From the NCBI GenBank assembly GCA_963805625.1, contig CAWDVE010000016.1:352001-416000 (forward strand): a DNA stretch of 64,000 nucleotides, given 5' to 3'. Under the pieces are notes generated by a model that was given only the letters and a program-made list of their open reading frames with translations, was not told the origin of the DNA and searched no databases. The translations under genes were made by a program, and so were the position numbers. The DNA comes from an uncultured Candidatus Rokubacteria bacterium (GTDB lineage Bacteria > Methylomirabilota > Methylomirabilia > Rokubacteriales > DASRDR01). Shown here in pieces: positions 28,197 to 36,896 of this stretch; the first letter of the stretch is position 1, and each line of letters opens with the position of its first letter.

Positions 28197-29093
28197 TCAC
28201 ACCGCCCTCCGGAGCCGAGGGTTCGCGACCTCGTCGAGGCCGACCGTGACGAAGAAGAGGCCGAGGAAGACGACGAGGATGACGACGATGGGCGCGGCCC
28301 ACCACCACCACCAGCCGTTGATGAGCGCGGCGTTGAAGTTCACCCAGTAGAGGGTCATGCCGAGGGTGGGGGAGTCGATGGGCCCGAGCCCCAAGACCTC
28401 GAGGAAGATGGAGGCCAGGATGGCGCTGGAGACCGCGTTCACGAGCGTCGCCGCCAGGTAGGGCAGGAGGTTCGGCACGAGCTCCCGGACGATGATCTCG
28501 GGCCCGCTCATGCCCGAGAGGCGGGCCACGTCGACATAGCCGCGCTCGCGGAGGCTCAGGACCTGGGCGCGGATGGCGCGCGTCGGGCTGAGCCACGCCA
28601 GCGAGGCCACGACGATGGCCATCTGGTCGACCGTCAGGCCCTCCTTGATGGACACGGCGATGATGATCAGCACCAGGAGGCCGGGGACCGTGAGGCCGAC
28701 ATCGACGACGCCCCGGATGACCACGTCGACCTTGCCCCGGTAGTACGCCGCCGTGAACCCGAGAACCGACCCGAGACCTACACCGATCAGCCCCGCGATG
28801 AAGCCGATGCGGAGGGTCAGCGGTGTGCCGACGACCATCACGGCCAGGAGATCCCTGCCTTGCCGGTCCGTGCCTAGCGGGTACTGCGCGGAGGGCGGCC
28901 GGAGCGTGGGGGCCGACAGCGGCCGCGCCTTCGCCGTGTCGACGGCGAGATGTCCGATACCCACGAAGGCGGCGAGCCCGCCGAGCAGGACGAGTCCTAG
29001 GACCAGCGGGAGGTTGCGGCGCAGGTACCGCACGACAGCAGGGATTGCGCCCGCCCGCGAGGCGGCGACCGGCGGCACGGTCTGACCGGTCAC
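28197..29093 (-). CDS. ABC permease (OppC-like)
   Basis: PLGTDRQGRD, EAA-like loop, hydrophobic segments. Confidence 0.92.
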   Translation of the reverse strand: MTGQTVPPVAASRAGAIPAVVRYLRRNLPLVLGLVLLGGLAAFVGIGHLAVDTAKARPLSAPTLRPPSAQYPLGTDRQGRDLLAVMVVGTPLTLRIGFIAGLIGVGLGSVLGFTAAYYRGKVDVVIRGVVDVGLTVPGLLVLIIIAVSIKEGLTVDQMAIVVASLAWLSPTRAIRAQVLSLRERGYVDVARLSGMSGPEIIVRELVPNLLPYLAATLVNAVSSAILASIFLEVLGLGPIDSPTLGMTLYWVNFNAALINGWWWWWAAPIVVILVVFLGLFFVTVGLDEVANPRLRRAV

Positions 29094-29100
29094 GGCAGGG

Positions 29101-30105
29101 CTACGCCTTGCGGTAGGAGATGCGGGGATCGAGGAGGGGGTAGACCGCGTCGAGGATCAGGGTGGCGAGCCCGAGCGCGATGATCACGGTGAACACGATG
29201 CCCTGGATCAGGAAATGGTCGTTCTCCCGGATCGCCTGGAACAGGACGGTGCCGATGCCCGGGTACCCGAAGATCACCTCGACGAGGACCGCGCCCGACA
29301 CGATCTGGCCGAGCGCCAGGGCGAGGCCGGTGGCCTGGGGGAGGAGCGCGTTCCGGACACAGTAGCGGAGGAAGATCGTGAGGCTCCGGAGGCCCTTCGC
29401 CTCGGCGAAGATCACGTAGTCCTCGCCTTGGGTCGTGACCATCATGCCGCGCATCGACAGGGCCCACCCGCCTGTCGCCACCAGGACGATGGACAGCGCC
29501 GGCAGGATCGCGTGCTCGACCAGGTCGAGGACGAAGGGCACCGTGAAGGCCGGGAAGGCGCCGGCGCTGTACCCGCCGAACATCGGAAGCACGGGGAACC
29601 GGAACGCGAAGAGGTAGATCAGGATGAGCCCGAGCAGGAAGAAGGGAATGGCATGGAGTGCCCAGAGCGGCGGCATGAGCCAGCGCATCCAGCGGGGCGC
29701 CCGAGGCCAGCCCAGCAGCGCGCCGAGGAACGTCCCGAGGGCGAACGACACCACCGTCGTGGTGCCGAGGAGCGCAACGGTCCACGGGAGCGCCTCCGCG
29801 ATCATCCCGCTCACGGTCCGGGGATAGTTGGCAATCGAGTAGTTGAAGTCCAAGGTGGCGGCACCCCGGAGGAAGGCGAGGTACTGGGCCCAGAGCGGCC
29901 GGTCGAGGCCAAATCGTCGGTCGTACTCCCGGACCATCTCCTCGATGCCGGCCTGGACGTGTCCGCCGAGCTGCGCCTGCTGGAGCAGCTTGACCCGCAC
30001 GGGGTCCTGCCCGGTCAGTCGCGGCAGGAAGAAGTTGAGCGTGGCGGCGAGCCACGCGATCAGGAGGAACATGCCGGTCCGCCGGAGGAGGTAGCTAGCC
30101 GACAC
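29101..30105 (-). CDS. ABC permease (OppB-like)
   Basis: GLDRPLWAQY, AEAKGL, EVIFGYPGIG, LDPRI. Confidence 0.92.
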   Translation of the reverse strand: MSASYLLRRTGMFLLIAWLAATLNFFLPRLTGQDPVRVKLLQQAQLGGHVQAGIEEMVREYDRRFGLDRPLWAQYLAFLRGAATLDFNYSIANYPRTVSGMIAEALPWTVALLGTTTVVSFALGTFLGALLGWPRAPRWMRWLMPPLWALHAIPFFLLGLILIYLFAFRFPVLPMFGGYSAGAFPAFTVPFVLDLVEHAILPALSIVLVATGGWALSMRGMMVTTQGEDYVIFAEAKGLRSLTIFLRYCVRNALLPQATGLALALGQIVSGAVLVEVIFGYPGIGTVLFQAIRENDHFLIQGIVFTVIIALGLATLILDAVYPLLDPRISYRKA

Positions 30106-30167
30106 GGCCCCGGACCTCCATGCCGCATCGCTCGAATCGTCGGCGGCGGGGCGACCGGTTCATGGCT

Positions 30168-30196
30168 CCCGCCCGGCGGACCGGCCGCCGGGCGGG
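30168..30196 (-). terminator. Stem-loop downstream of binding-protein gene (attenuator or mRNA-stabilising hairpin)
   Basis: Perfect 12-bp stem CCCGCCCGGCGG-ACCGG-CCGCCGGGCGGG. Confidence 0.55.
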
Positions 30197-30212
30197 GCGG
30201 TGCTGGCGGGCG

Positions 30213-31982
30213 CTACTGCGTTGGCTGGAGATTCCAGAGCACCATCGCGTAGGTGAGGTGCCAGAAGGCGCCGTTGACGTAGGGGTTCTCGGCCGTGGGC
30301 CAGTTCGTCCAGTACGTCGTGTTCATCGGGATCCGATGAATGTTGTGCACGAGCGGGATGTCCGGCAAGTCGGGTAGCCAGATCTCCATCGCCTTGTGGA
30401 AGAGCTCCAGGAGGCGGGTCTTGTTCCGCATGTCCGTGACGAACACGTCGTCGACGATCTTATTGTAGGCCTCGTTCTTCCAGCGCGCGAAGTTGACGAG
30501 GTGCGCGCCCGGGACGGCGACCGTGCTGCTCTGGTAGAGGCGCAGGGTGTAGTAGGGGTCGTTGACGCCCCCGCCGTGACCGTAGATCGCGCCCGCGTAC
30601 TGGCCCTTCTGGAATCGGTCGTCGAAGTCCGGCGGCAGGCTCATGCTGGCATCGACGCCTTGTCGCTTGAGAAGCTCCACGAGCACGGGACCGATCGCGG
30701 GGCCGCTCGCCCCGAAGCCGATGATGTCGAGCTTGAGACGGGCGCCCTGGGGGTCGACCCAGAAGCCCTGCGCGTCCTTCTTCCAGCCCTTTCGCGTGAG
30801 AAGCGCCTCGCCCTTCTTGGGGTCGTATTCCAGGGTGTTGTACTTGGCGAGGAGGTCCTTGACCCCATCGAGGTAGGGCTTGAGTGCCGGGTACTCGGGC
30901 AGCGGCAGCGGCGACACGAGCGCCGCCCCGAGGTACCCGACGTCGACGATCTGCTGCCGGTCGATGAAATAGCTGACGGCCCAGCGGACGTCCTTGTCGT
31001 CGAAGGGCGGCCGCTCGTTGTTGACGTAGAGCGAGATCGGCCACCAGTCCATGTAGCCGTAGGGCGGCTTTTGTCCGGAGTGCGTGATGATCTTCGGATT
31101 CTGGCGGAAGACCGTCTGGAACGTCGCGGGCTGCAACGACCCCGAGAAATCGAGCTGGTTCGAGATGAGGAGCTGCGCATTCTGCTGCTCGGTGGCGTTC
31201 GGCAGCCAGATGTTGCGCTCCACCTTCGGCATCGGCGCCAGGCCCGCCTTGGCCGCCCACCACTCGTCCCGCCGGTCGATCACCTTCTGCTGTGGCGAGG
31301 AGAACGCCACCGACCACGGGCCGGTGGTGACTGGCCAGCCCTTGGCGACGTCGAAGTGCTTGAACGTGGTCCAGTCCTGCCCCTGGAAGATGTGTTTCGG
31401 CACGATGTAGACGCCGATGTCGTACTTGTAGGTCAGGAAGAAGAAGAACCGTGGCGCGGGGACCTTGAACTTGATCACGACCGTGTTGGCGTCGGTCGCG
31501 CGCGCCTCCAGCATGAACTGCTGGACGTCGACCCCCCAGCGGACCTTCGGACCCAGGTCACGGAGGCTCGTGAGCGTGTAGGCGACGTCCTCGGCTGAGA
31601 AGGGAGCGCCATCGCTCCACTTGATCCCAGACCGGGTCTTGATTGTCAGCTCCTTGAAGTCCGGGCTGTACCGGTAGCTCTCCGCCAGCCAGAGGTACTC
31701 CTTGTCGGCGAAGGCGCTGTAGTACGCCAGGGGCTCGTAGAGGATGCCGGGGCCGTTCTGGTGATTGGAGCCGATGGAGTAGGGGTTCCACAGCTCGAAG
31801 TCGACCCATCGGCCCTCGCGGCTGCCGATCCACACGAGACTCAGCGTCCGGTTCCGGGCGACGGTCTTGAGCTGAGCGGTGGCCGGCCGGGCCGGCAGCA
31901 CGGCGGCGGCCCCGGCGGCGAGGGCACCGGTCTTGATCAGGTCGCGGCGGGTCAATCCGTTCGAGGCCCCGTCGTGAGACAC
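30213..31982 (-). CDS. ABC substrate-binding protein, family 5, Tat-exported
   Basis: TRRDLIK Tat motif, IKWSDGAPFSAEDV, PVTTGPW, VRWAVSYFIDR. Confidence 0.92.
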   Translation of the reverse strand: MSHDGASNGLTRRDLIKTGALAAGAAAVLPARPATAQLKTVARNRTLSLVWIGSREGRWVDFELWNPYSIGSNHQNGPGILYEPLAYYSAFADKEYLWLAESYRYSPDFKELTIKTRSGIKWSDGAPFSAEDVAYTLTSLRDLGPKVRWGVDVQQFMLEARATDANTVVIKFKVPAPRFFFFLTYKYDIGVYIVPKHIFQGQDWTTFKHFDVAKGWPVTTGPWSVAFSSPQQKVIDRRDEWWAAKAGLAPMPKVERNIWLPNATEQQNAQLLISNQLDFSGSLQPATFQTVFRQNPKIITHSGQKPPYGYMDWWPISLYVNNERPPFDDKDVRWAVSYFIDRQQIVDVGYLGAALVSPLPLPEYPALKPYLDGVKDLLAKYNTLEYDPKKGEALLTRKGWKKDAQGFWVDPQGARLKLDIIGFGASGPAIGPVLVELLKRQGVDASMSLPPDFDDRFQKGQYAGAIYGHGGGVNDPYYTLRLYQSSTVAVPGAHLVNFARWKNEAYNKIVDDVFVTDMRNKTRLLELFHKAMEIWLPDLPDIPLVHNIHRIPMNTTYWTNWPTAENPYVNGAFWHLTYAMVLWNLQPTQ

Positions 31983-32161
31983 CCTTGTCTCCTTTCGCCT
32001 CGGCCGGCGAGCGGCGGCCGAGTCTCGAGCCCGTTCAGGCGGTGGAGGCCCTTGCGCTCAGGATGAAGGAAGTATATGAAACCCATCACAAACATGCGTG
32101 GTCTGTCAAGCGGACGTCGAGCGCTCAGGCGCGAAAGCGCGCGAGAACGAGGAGGCGGAGG

Positions 32162-33208
32162 GTGGCACGGTTCAAGGTGGTGACGCCAGAGGGCGTGAGC
32201 TTCGGCCCGCCGAGTGTGGGCTACGAGGGCGAGATGGAGGCGCTCGGGCCCATCGGGGCGGAGATCGTCGACATCCCGCCGGGCACCGAGGACGACTTCA
32301 TCCGGGCCGCCCGTGACGCCGACGCGGTCTACGCCAAGGTCCGTCGCATCACGAAGCGCATGATCGATGGGCTGGAGCGATGCCGGGTGATCTCGCTGGG
32401 GATGGTCGGCGTGGACTCCGTCGACGTGGCCGCGGCGACCGCGCGTGGCATCCCAGTGACCAACGTGCCCGACACGTTCATCGAGGAGGTCGCTGACCAC
32501 GCGCTCATGCTCATCCTCGCCGCGTACCGTCGGCTGACCCAAATGGACCGGTATGTCCGCGCCGGCCGCTGGGCCGAGGGGCGGCCGTATCTCTCGCAGT
32601 TCCCCCGACTGTGGGGTCAGACCCTCGGGCTCATCTCCTTCGGGCACGTGGCCCGGGCGGTGGCGACCCGGGCGCGGCCGTTCGGCGTCCGGATCCTCGC
32701 CTACGATCCGTACGTCGACGAGACGGTCATGACCCAGCACGACGTCGAGCCGGTGGGGCTGACGGACCTCCTGCGCCGCTCGGACATCGTCTCCATGCAC
32801 GCGCCCGCGACCGCAGACGCCTTCCACCTCCTGACCGAGGAGCACTTCCGGCTGATGAAGCGGGAGGCGCTGTTCGTCAACACCGGCCGGGGACCGACAG
32901 TTGACGAGGCCGCGCTCGTCAAGGCGCTCGAGGAGGGCTGGATCGCCGGGGCCGGGCTCGACGTGTTCGAGCAGGAGCCGGCGCTCACGACCAACCCGCT
33001 GCTCCACATGGACAACGTCATCCTCACGCCGCACGTCGCCTCGGCGTCCGCGCGCATGGATCCCGAGCGGCGCCGACGCGTGGGACGCGAGATCGCGCTC
33101 GTGCTGACGGGGCGCTGGCCGATGAGCTGCGTCAATCCGACGGTCCTCGAGAAGACATCGCTCCGGCGCTGGCAGCCGTACTCGATGGAGCGCGGACCGG
33201 GCATCTAG
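32162..33208 (+). CDS. D-2-hydroxyacid dehydrogenase (CtBP-like)
   Basis: EEVADHA, SFGHVA, VNTGRG, ILTPHVA; GTG start after GGAGG. Confidence 0.9.
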   Translation: MARFKVVTPEGVSFGPPSVGYEGEMEALGPIGAEIVDIPPGTEDDFIRAARDADAVYAKVRRITKRMIDGLERCRVISLGMVGVDSVDVAAATARGIPVTNVPDTFIEEVADHALMLILAAYRRLTQMDRYVRAGRWAEGRPYLSQFPRLWGQTLGLISFGHVARAVATRARPFGVRILAYDPYVDETVMTQHDVEPVGLTDLLRRSDIVSMHAPATADAFHLLTEEHFRLMKREALFVNTGRGPTVDEAALVKALEEGWIAGAGLDVFEQEPALTTNPLLHMDNVILTPHVASASARMDPERRRRVGREIALVLTGRWPMSCVNPTVLEKTSLRRWQPYSMERGPGI

Positions 33209-33236
33209 CCTCCCCGGTCGAAGGCGCGCCCCCTCG

Positions 33237-36146
33237 TCAGGGGACGACGACGAGGGATCCGAGCGAGGCCGTGCGGCGCACCTGAGGCACGTCCGACGCC
33301 AGGATGTGGAGGCGCCGGCCCGTGGACGGGAGCCACACCCCGACGCGTAGCGGATAAGTGCCCGGTGCCGTGTCCGGAGGGACCGTGATCGTGACGGTCT
33401 GGCGGACCCGCTCGCCCGGGGCCCAGTGGGAAGACCCGTAGTTGCCCACGAGGTCGTCGTGGTTCCCGCCGCGGGGCAGTAGTCCCGCGACGTGGAGGAA
33501 GGCCCAGTAGTCGTAGGAGGTGGGCTCCAGGAGCCGCCAGTAGTAGGTGAGGCGCACCGTCTCCCCCGGTCGGGCCTCGGATGGCACGTCGACGCCAAAC
33601 AGCTCGAGCTCCTTGCCGAAGAGGATCCGAACGGACCGGCTCGGGATTGGCTCCGGCCGGGCGCGGACCGCGGCGGCCTCCGCTGGCCGTCCCAATTGCT
33701 CGAGTGCCTCAGCCCAGGCGGCCAGGCGTTCGGCGCGCCACGTGGCATCCGGCTGGGCGTCAATCAGCTCGGCCACGCGGATCACCTCGAGCCAGGCGCC
33801 ATCGCTTCGGGCCCGGTCGACCGTGTGCTCGAGTCCCTGGCCCCAGATGGCCCGCGCGAGGGCCCATCCGTAGAGTGCGTGCGCCCCCTCCCACTCCGGC
33901 GCCGCAGCGAGCGCTTGGTTCGTTGCGGCGAAGGCCGAGCGCCAACGAACCTGGGCGCGACGGTGCTCGTAGGTGGACGGCGCGCGCAGCGGATGCGGCC
34001 CCGTGGGGTCGTCCATCCAGTGGTCCAGCTCGCGGGCCGCCGCGTCCAGCGCCGCCGCGGCCGCCGGCGGTGGCAGCCACGGGGAGGCGGCGGTCTCGTA
34101 GACGAAGAGCTCCGTGATGCCCCACTGCCCGCCCGGCCGCTCGCTTCCGATGTGCGTGAGCCGCACGTAGCGACCCTGACGTGGGGCGAAGCGGACGACG
34201 ACTCGCCCGCTGTCGTCGATGCGGGGATGGCCCTTCCACCAGTGCAGGCCGGCGAGCAGATCTGGCTCCGTTGCAACCGCCTCCCAGCTCTGGCCATCCG
34301 CGGAGGTCTCGATACGAAGGCCGGCGGGCGCGTCGGCCGACCACGGGGCCGAGAGGAGGCTCACCTGCGTGATCGGGCGGGGCCGGCCGAGGTCGAGCTC
34401 GAACCACTCACCCGGGCGCTTTGGGGCCGCCCAGCGCGTCCACGCCTGGCGGTCGTAGGCCCGCGCGACCACCTCCGGGTCGAACGACGCCCGCGCGCGC
34501 CAGCCGGTCGTGGGAACCGGGTGCACGCGTGGATCGGGCGGGACGAAGTGGTGGAAGATCACGTAGTGGCCGGCGTCGGTTTGCTCCCAGGTCGCGCCGA
34601 TGCGCGCGAGCGCCGCGACCATCTGACGTGGCTCGGGACTCCTCATCACGCGGTCCGTGACGATCGCGACCGTCTCTGGGGCCTCCACGCGGTCGACCGT
34701 GCGGAGCGCGGCGTAGTTTCGAAGACCATTGTAGTCCGCGCAGACAACCCGCTCGGTCGACTCGAAGCTGATCACCTGGGCGATCCGGCTGTCCGCGTAA
34801 CACGCCGTAACGCCGAGCGCGTCGAGCTTCGCGATGACCGAGTCGACGGGTCGCACCGGCATGCCCGCGCCCGCCTGGACGAAGGCAACGTGCGTGACCA
34901 CGTTGAAGACGATCAGCGCTCCCGCCAGCGCGATCGCCGCGCCGCGACCGACGCGCCCGACGCTCGCCAGGCGCGCCAGCACGGCCGCGACGAGGAGCGG
35001 GAGGGGGCCGAAGAAGGTGAGCGAGTAGCGGATGACGCCGGAGGTCCCGAACCACGTGAGTAGCTGGAGCGCTACGGTGAACCAGAACGCCAGGACGACC
35101 AGGTCGAGAGGCTCGCGCCAGGGCCGATTCCGGTGACCGAGACGCCAGCCCCAGACGATGAGGCGCCACATGGCGAGCCCGATCGCCGGCACGTACACGG
35201 CGCCGACGACGATCCAGCCCAGCTTGCTGGCCCACGGCGGCAGCGGCACCGCACGGCCGTCCCAGTAGGTGTCGCGGAGCGACTTGACGAGGGCGCCCGC
35301 CACGTTCTGAATCCGCCCCGCGAAGTCGGGCAGCGGGCCCCCCCACTCGAGGAGGTGGCGGAACGTTGCCCACTCGTGTTGCACGTTCCACGCCCAGAAC
35401 GGCAGGCTCGCCAGGCCGAACAAGCCGAGAGCCGCGTAGGGGCCGGGCCCCGCCAGGACGCCGGGGCGGGCGACGAGGAGCCCCAGGGCGGCAGCCCCGA
35501 TGAGCATCGTCGCGATCTGGCTTGTCCACCATGCGAGCCCGGCGGTGAGACCCAGCAGCACCCAGGCCCACTCCTGGCGCTGCCCCGGAAGCGGGTCGAC
35601 CAGGCGCACCGCGGTCGCGAGCGTGACCGTCCCCAGTGCGAGCGCCACGCCCTCCGCATGGTTAGAGAGCTGCATGAAGGTCAGGAAGATGGGCGGCACC
35701 GCCAACTGGAGTCCGGCCAGGAGTCCCCATCTCTCACCGGCGATGCGCCGACCGATGCGCCATCCGGCCCACACCCAGAATAGCGACACCCAAGCTGTTC
35801 CCAGCCGGAGCGCGAATGTGGACGGACCGAAGACACGGAACGCCGCGGCGGCAACGTACGCGTCGACCGCTCCCAGGTAGGGCTGCCCCCAGTAGAAGAC
35901 CTGCGGGACGCCGCGCAGGATCGCGAGGCTCATCAGGCCCGTGAGGGCCTCGTCGTAGTAGGTCTCGCGGAGCGGTGGGCTCAGGGCGACCATCACCCGT
36001 GCGAGGAGGAACAGCGCGCCGAGAGCGACGGCCGGGGCAATCGTGCCGAGCCCGACCCGGCCGAGACTGAGTGCCTGCCGCGGGGTCAGAGCCCGGGGAG
36101 GGGCCACCTTCTCCCCCACCGCACCTCGGATCGACACGCTTGCCAT
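33237..36146 (-). CDS. ArnT/GT-C-like membrane glycosyltransferase with periplasmic discoidin (F5/8 type C) domain
   Basis: YYDEALTGLM..FYWGQPYLG N-terminus, multiple TM segments, WFELDLG..ITQV..GRYVRL discoidin motifs. Confidence 0.75.
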   Translation of the reverse strand: MASVSIRGAVGEKVAPPRALTPRQALSLGRVGLGTIAPAVALGALFLLARVMVALSPPLRETYYDEALTGLMSLAILRGVPQVFYWGQPYLGAVDAYVAAAAFRVFGPSTFALRLGTAWVSLFWVWAGWRIGRRIAGERWGLLAGLQLAVPPIFLTFMQLSNHAEGVALALGTVTLATAVRLVDPLPGQRQEWAWVLLGLTAGLAWWTSQIATMLIGAAALGLLVARPGVLAGPGPYAALGLFGLASLPFWAWNVQHEWATFRHLLEWGGPLPDFAGRIQNVAGALVKSLRDTYWDGRAVPLPPWASKLGWIVVGAVYVPAIGLAMWRLIVWGWRLGHRNRPWREPLDLVVLAFWFTVALQLLTWFGTSGVIRYSLTFFGPLPLLVAAVLARLASVGRVGRGAAIALAGALIVFNVVTHVAFVQAGAGMPVRPVDSVIAKLDALGVTACYADSRIAQVISFESTERVVCADYNGLRNYAALRTVDRVEAPETVAIVTDRVMRSPEPRQMVAALARIGATWEQTDAGHYVIFHHFVPPDPRVHPVPTTGWRARASFDPEVVARAYDRQAWTRWAAPKRPGEWFELDLGRPRPITQVSLLSAPWSADAPAGLRIETSADGQSWEAVATEPDLLAGLHWWKGHPRIDDSGRVVVRFAPRQGRYVRLTHIGSERPGGQWGITELFVYETAASPWLPPPAAAAALDAAARELDHWMDDPTGPHPLRAPSTYEHRRAQVRWRSAFAATNQALAAAPEWEGAHALYGWALARAIWGQGLEHTVDRARSDGAWLEVIRVAELIDAQPDATWRAERLAAWAEALEQLGRPAEAAAVRARPEPIPSRSVRILFGKELELFGVDVPSEARPGETVRLTYYWRLLEPTSYDYWAFLHVAGLLPRGGNHDDLVGNYGSSHWAPGERVRQTVTITVPPDTAPGTYPLRVGVWLPSTGRRLHILASDVPQVRRTASLGSLVVVP

Positions 36147-36227
36147 CGTCGAAGCATGGTAGAGGGCGCGACGAGAGTTCGGGAGCGGTGGAACCCCGCG
36201 TGATGTCGGGGAATACCCGCATGTCCT

Positions 36228-36896
36228 CTAGGGCGTGGACCCTGTCTCGCCGCCGAAGAGGCCGCTGTCCAGCGCGTACCGCACGAGCTCGGCGCGGCTC
36301 TGGAGGCCGAGCTTTTCGACGAGGCGGGCGCGGTAGGTCTCGACGGTCTTGACCGAGAGCCCCAGGTGATCCGCGATCTGCTGGTTCGTGTAGCCCTGGG
36401 CCACCAGCTCCAGGACCTCCCGCTCCCGCTGGCTCAGGGGCGTCGCGGGGCTGGTGCCGGCCGTGCCTCGCCGGCGCAGCCCGTTCTGCACGACGCTCGC
36501 CGCGAGCGCGGGATCCAGCACCGTCCGCCCGCGGTACACGTCACGAATGGCGGCCAGAAGCGCCGAGTCCGCCGCGCGCTTGACGACGTATCCCGACGCC
36601 CCGGCGGCGAGCGCCGCGCGAAGATAGGCCGGCATGTCGTGCATCGTCAGGACGAGCACGCGCGTCGTCGGCGCGGCCTCACGGATGCGCTCGATTGCCT
36701 TGATGCCGCTGGATCCGGGCATGCTGATGTCCATGAGCGCCACGTCGGGCCGGAGCGCCGCTGCTTTCCGCACGGCCTCGTCGCCGTCGCTCGCCTCGCC
36801 GACCACCTCCAGGTCCCGCTGGCTGCTGATGAGCATGCGCAGCCCCGTCCGGAGGACGGCGTGGTCATCCGCGATGAGGATCCGGATCCTTCCCAT
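36228..36896 (-). CDS. NarL/LuxR-family response regulator
   Basis: IADDHAVLR, MDISMP, LSQREREVL..GLSVKTVETYR. Confidence 0.95.
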   Translation of the reverse strand: MGRIRILIADDHAVLRTGLRMLISSQRDLEVVGEASDGDEAVRKAAALRPDVALMDISMPGSSGIKAIERIREAAPTTRVLVLTMHDMPAYLRAALAAGASGYVVKRAADSALLAAIRDVYRGRTVLDPALAASVVQNGLRRRGTAGTSPATPLSQREREVLELVAQGYTNQQIADHLGLSVKTVETYRARLVEKLGLQSRAELVRYALDSGLFGGETGSTP

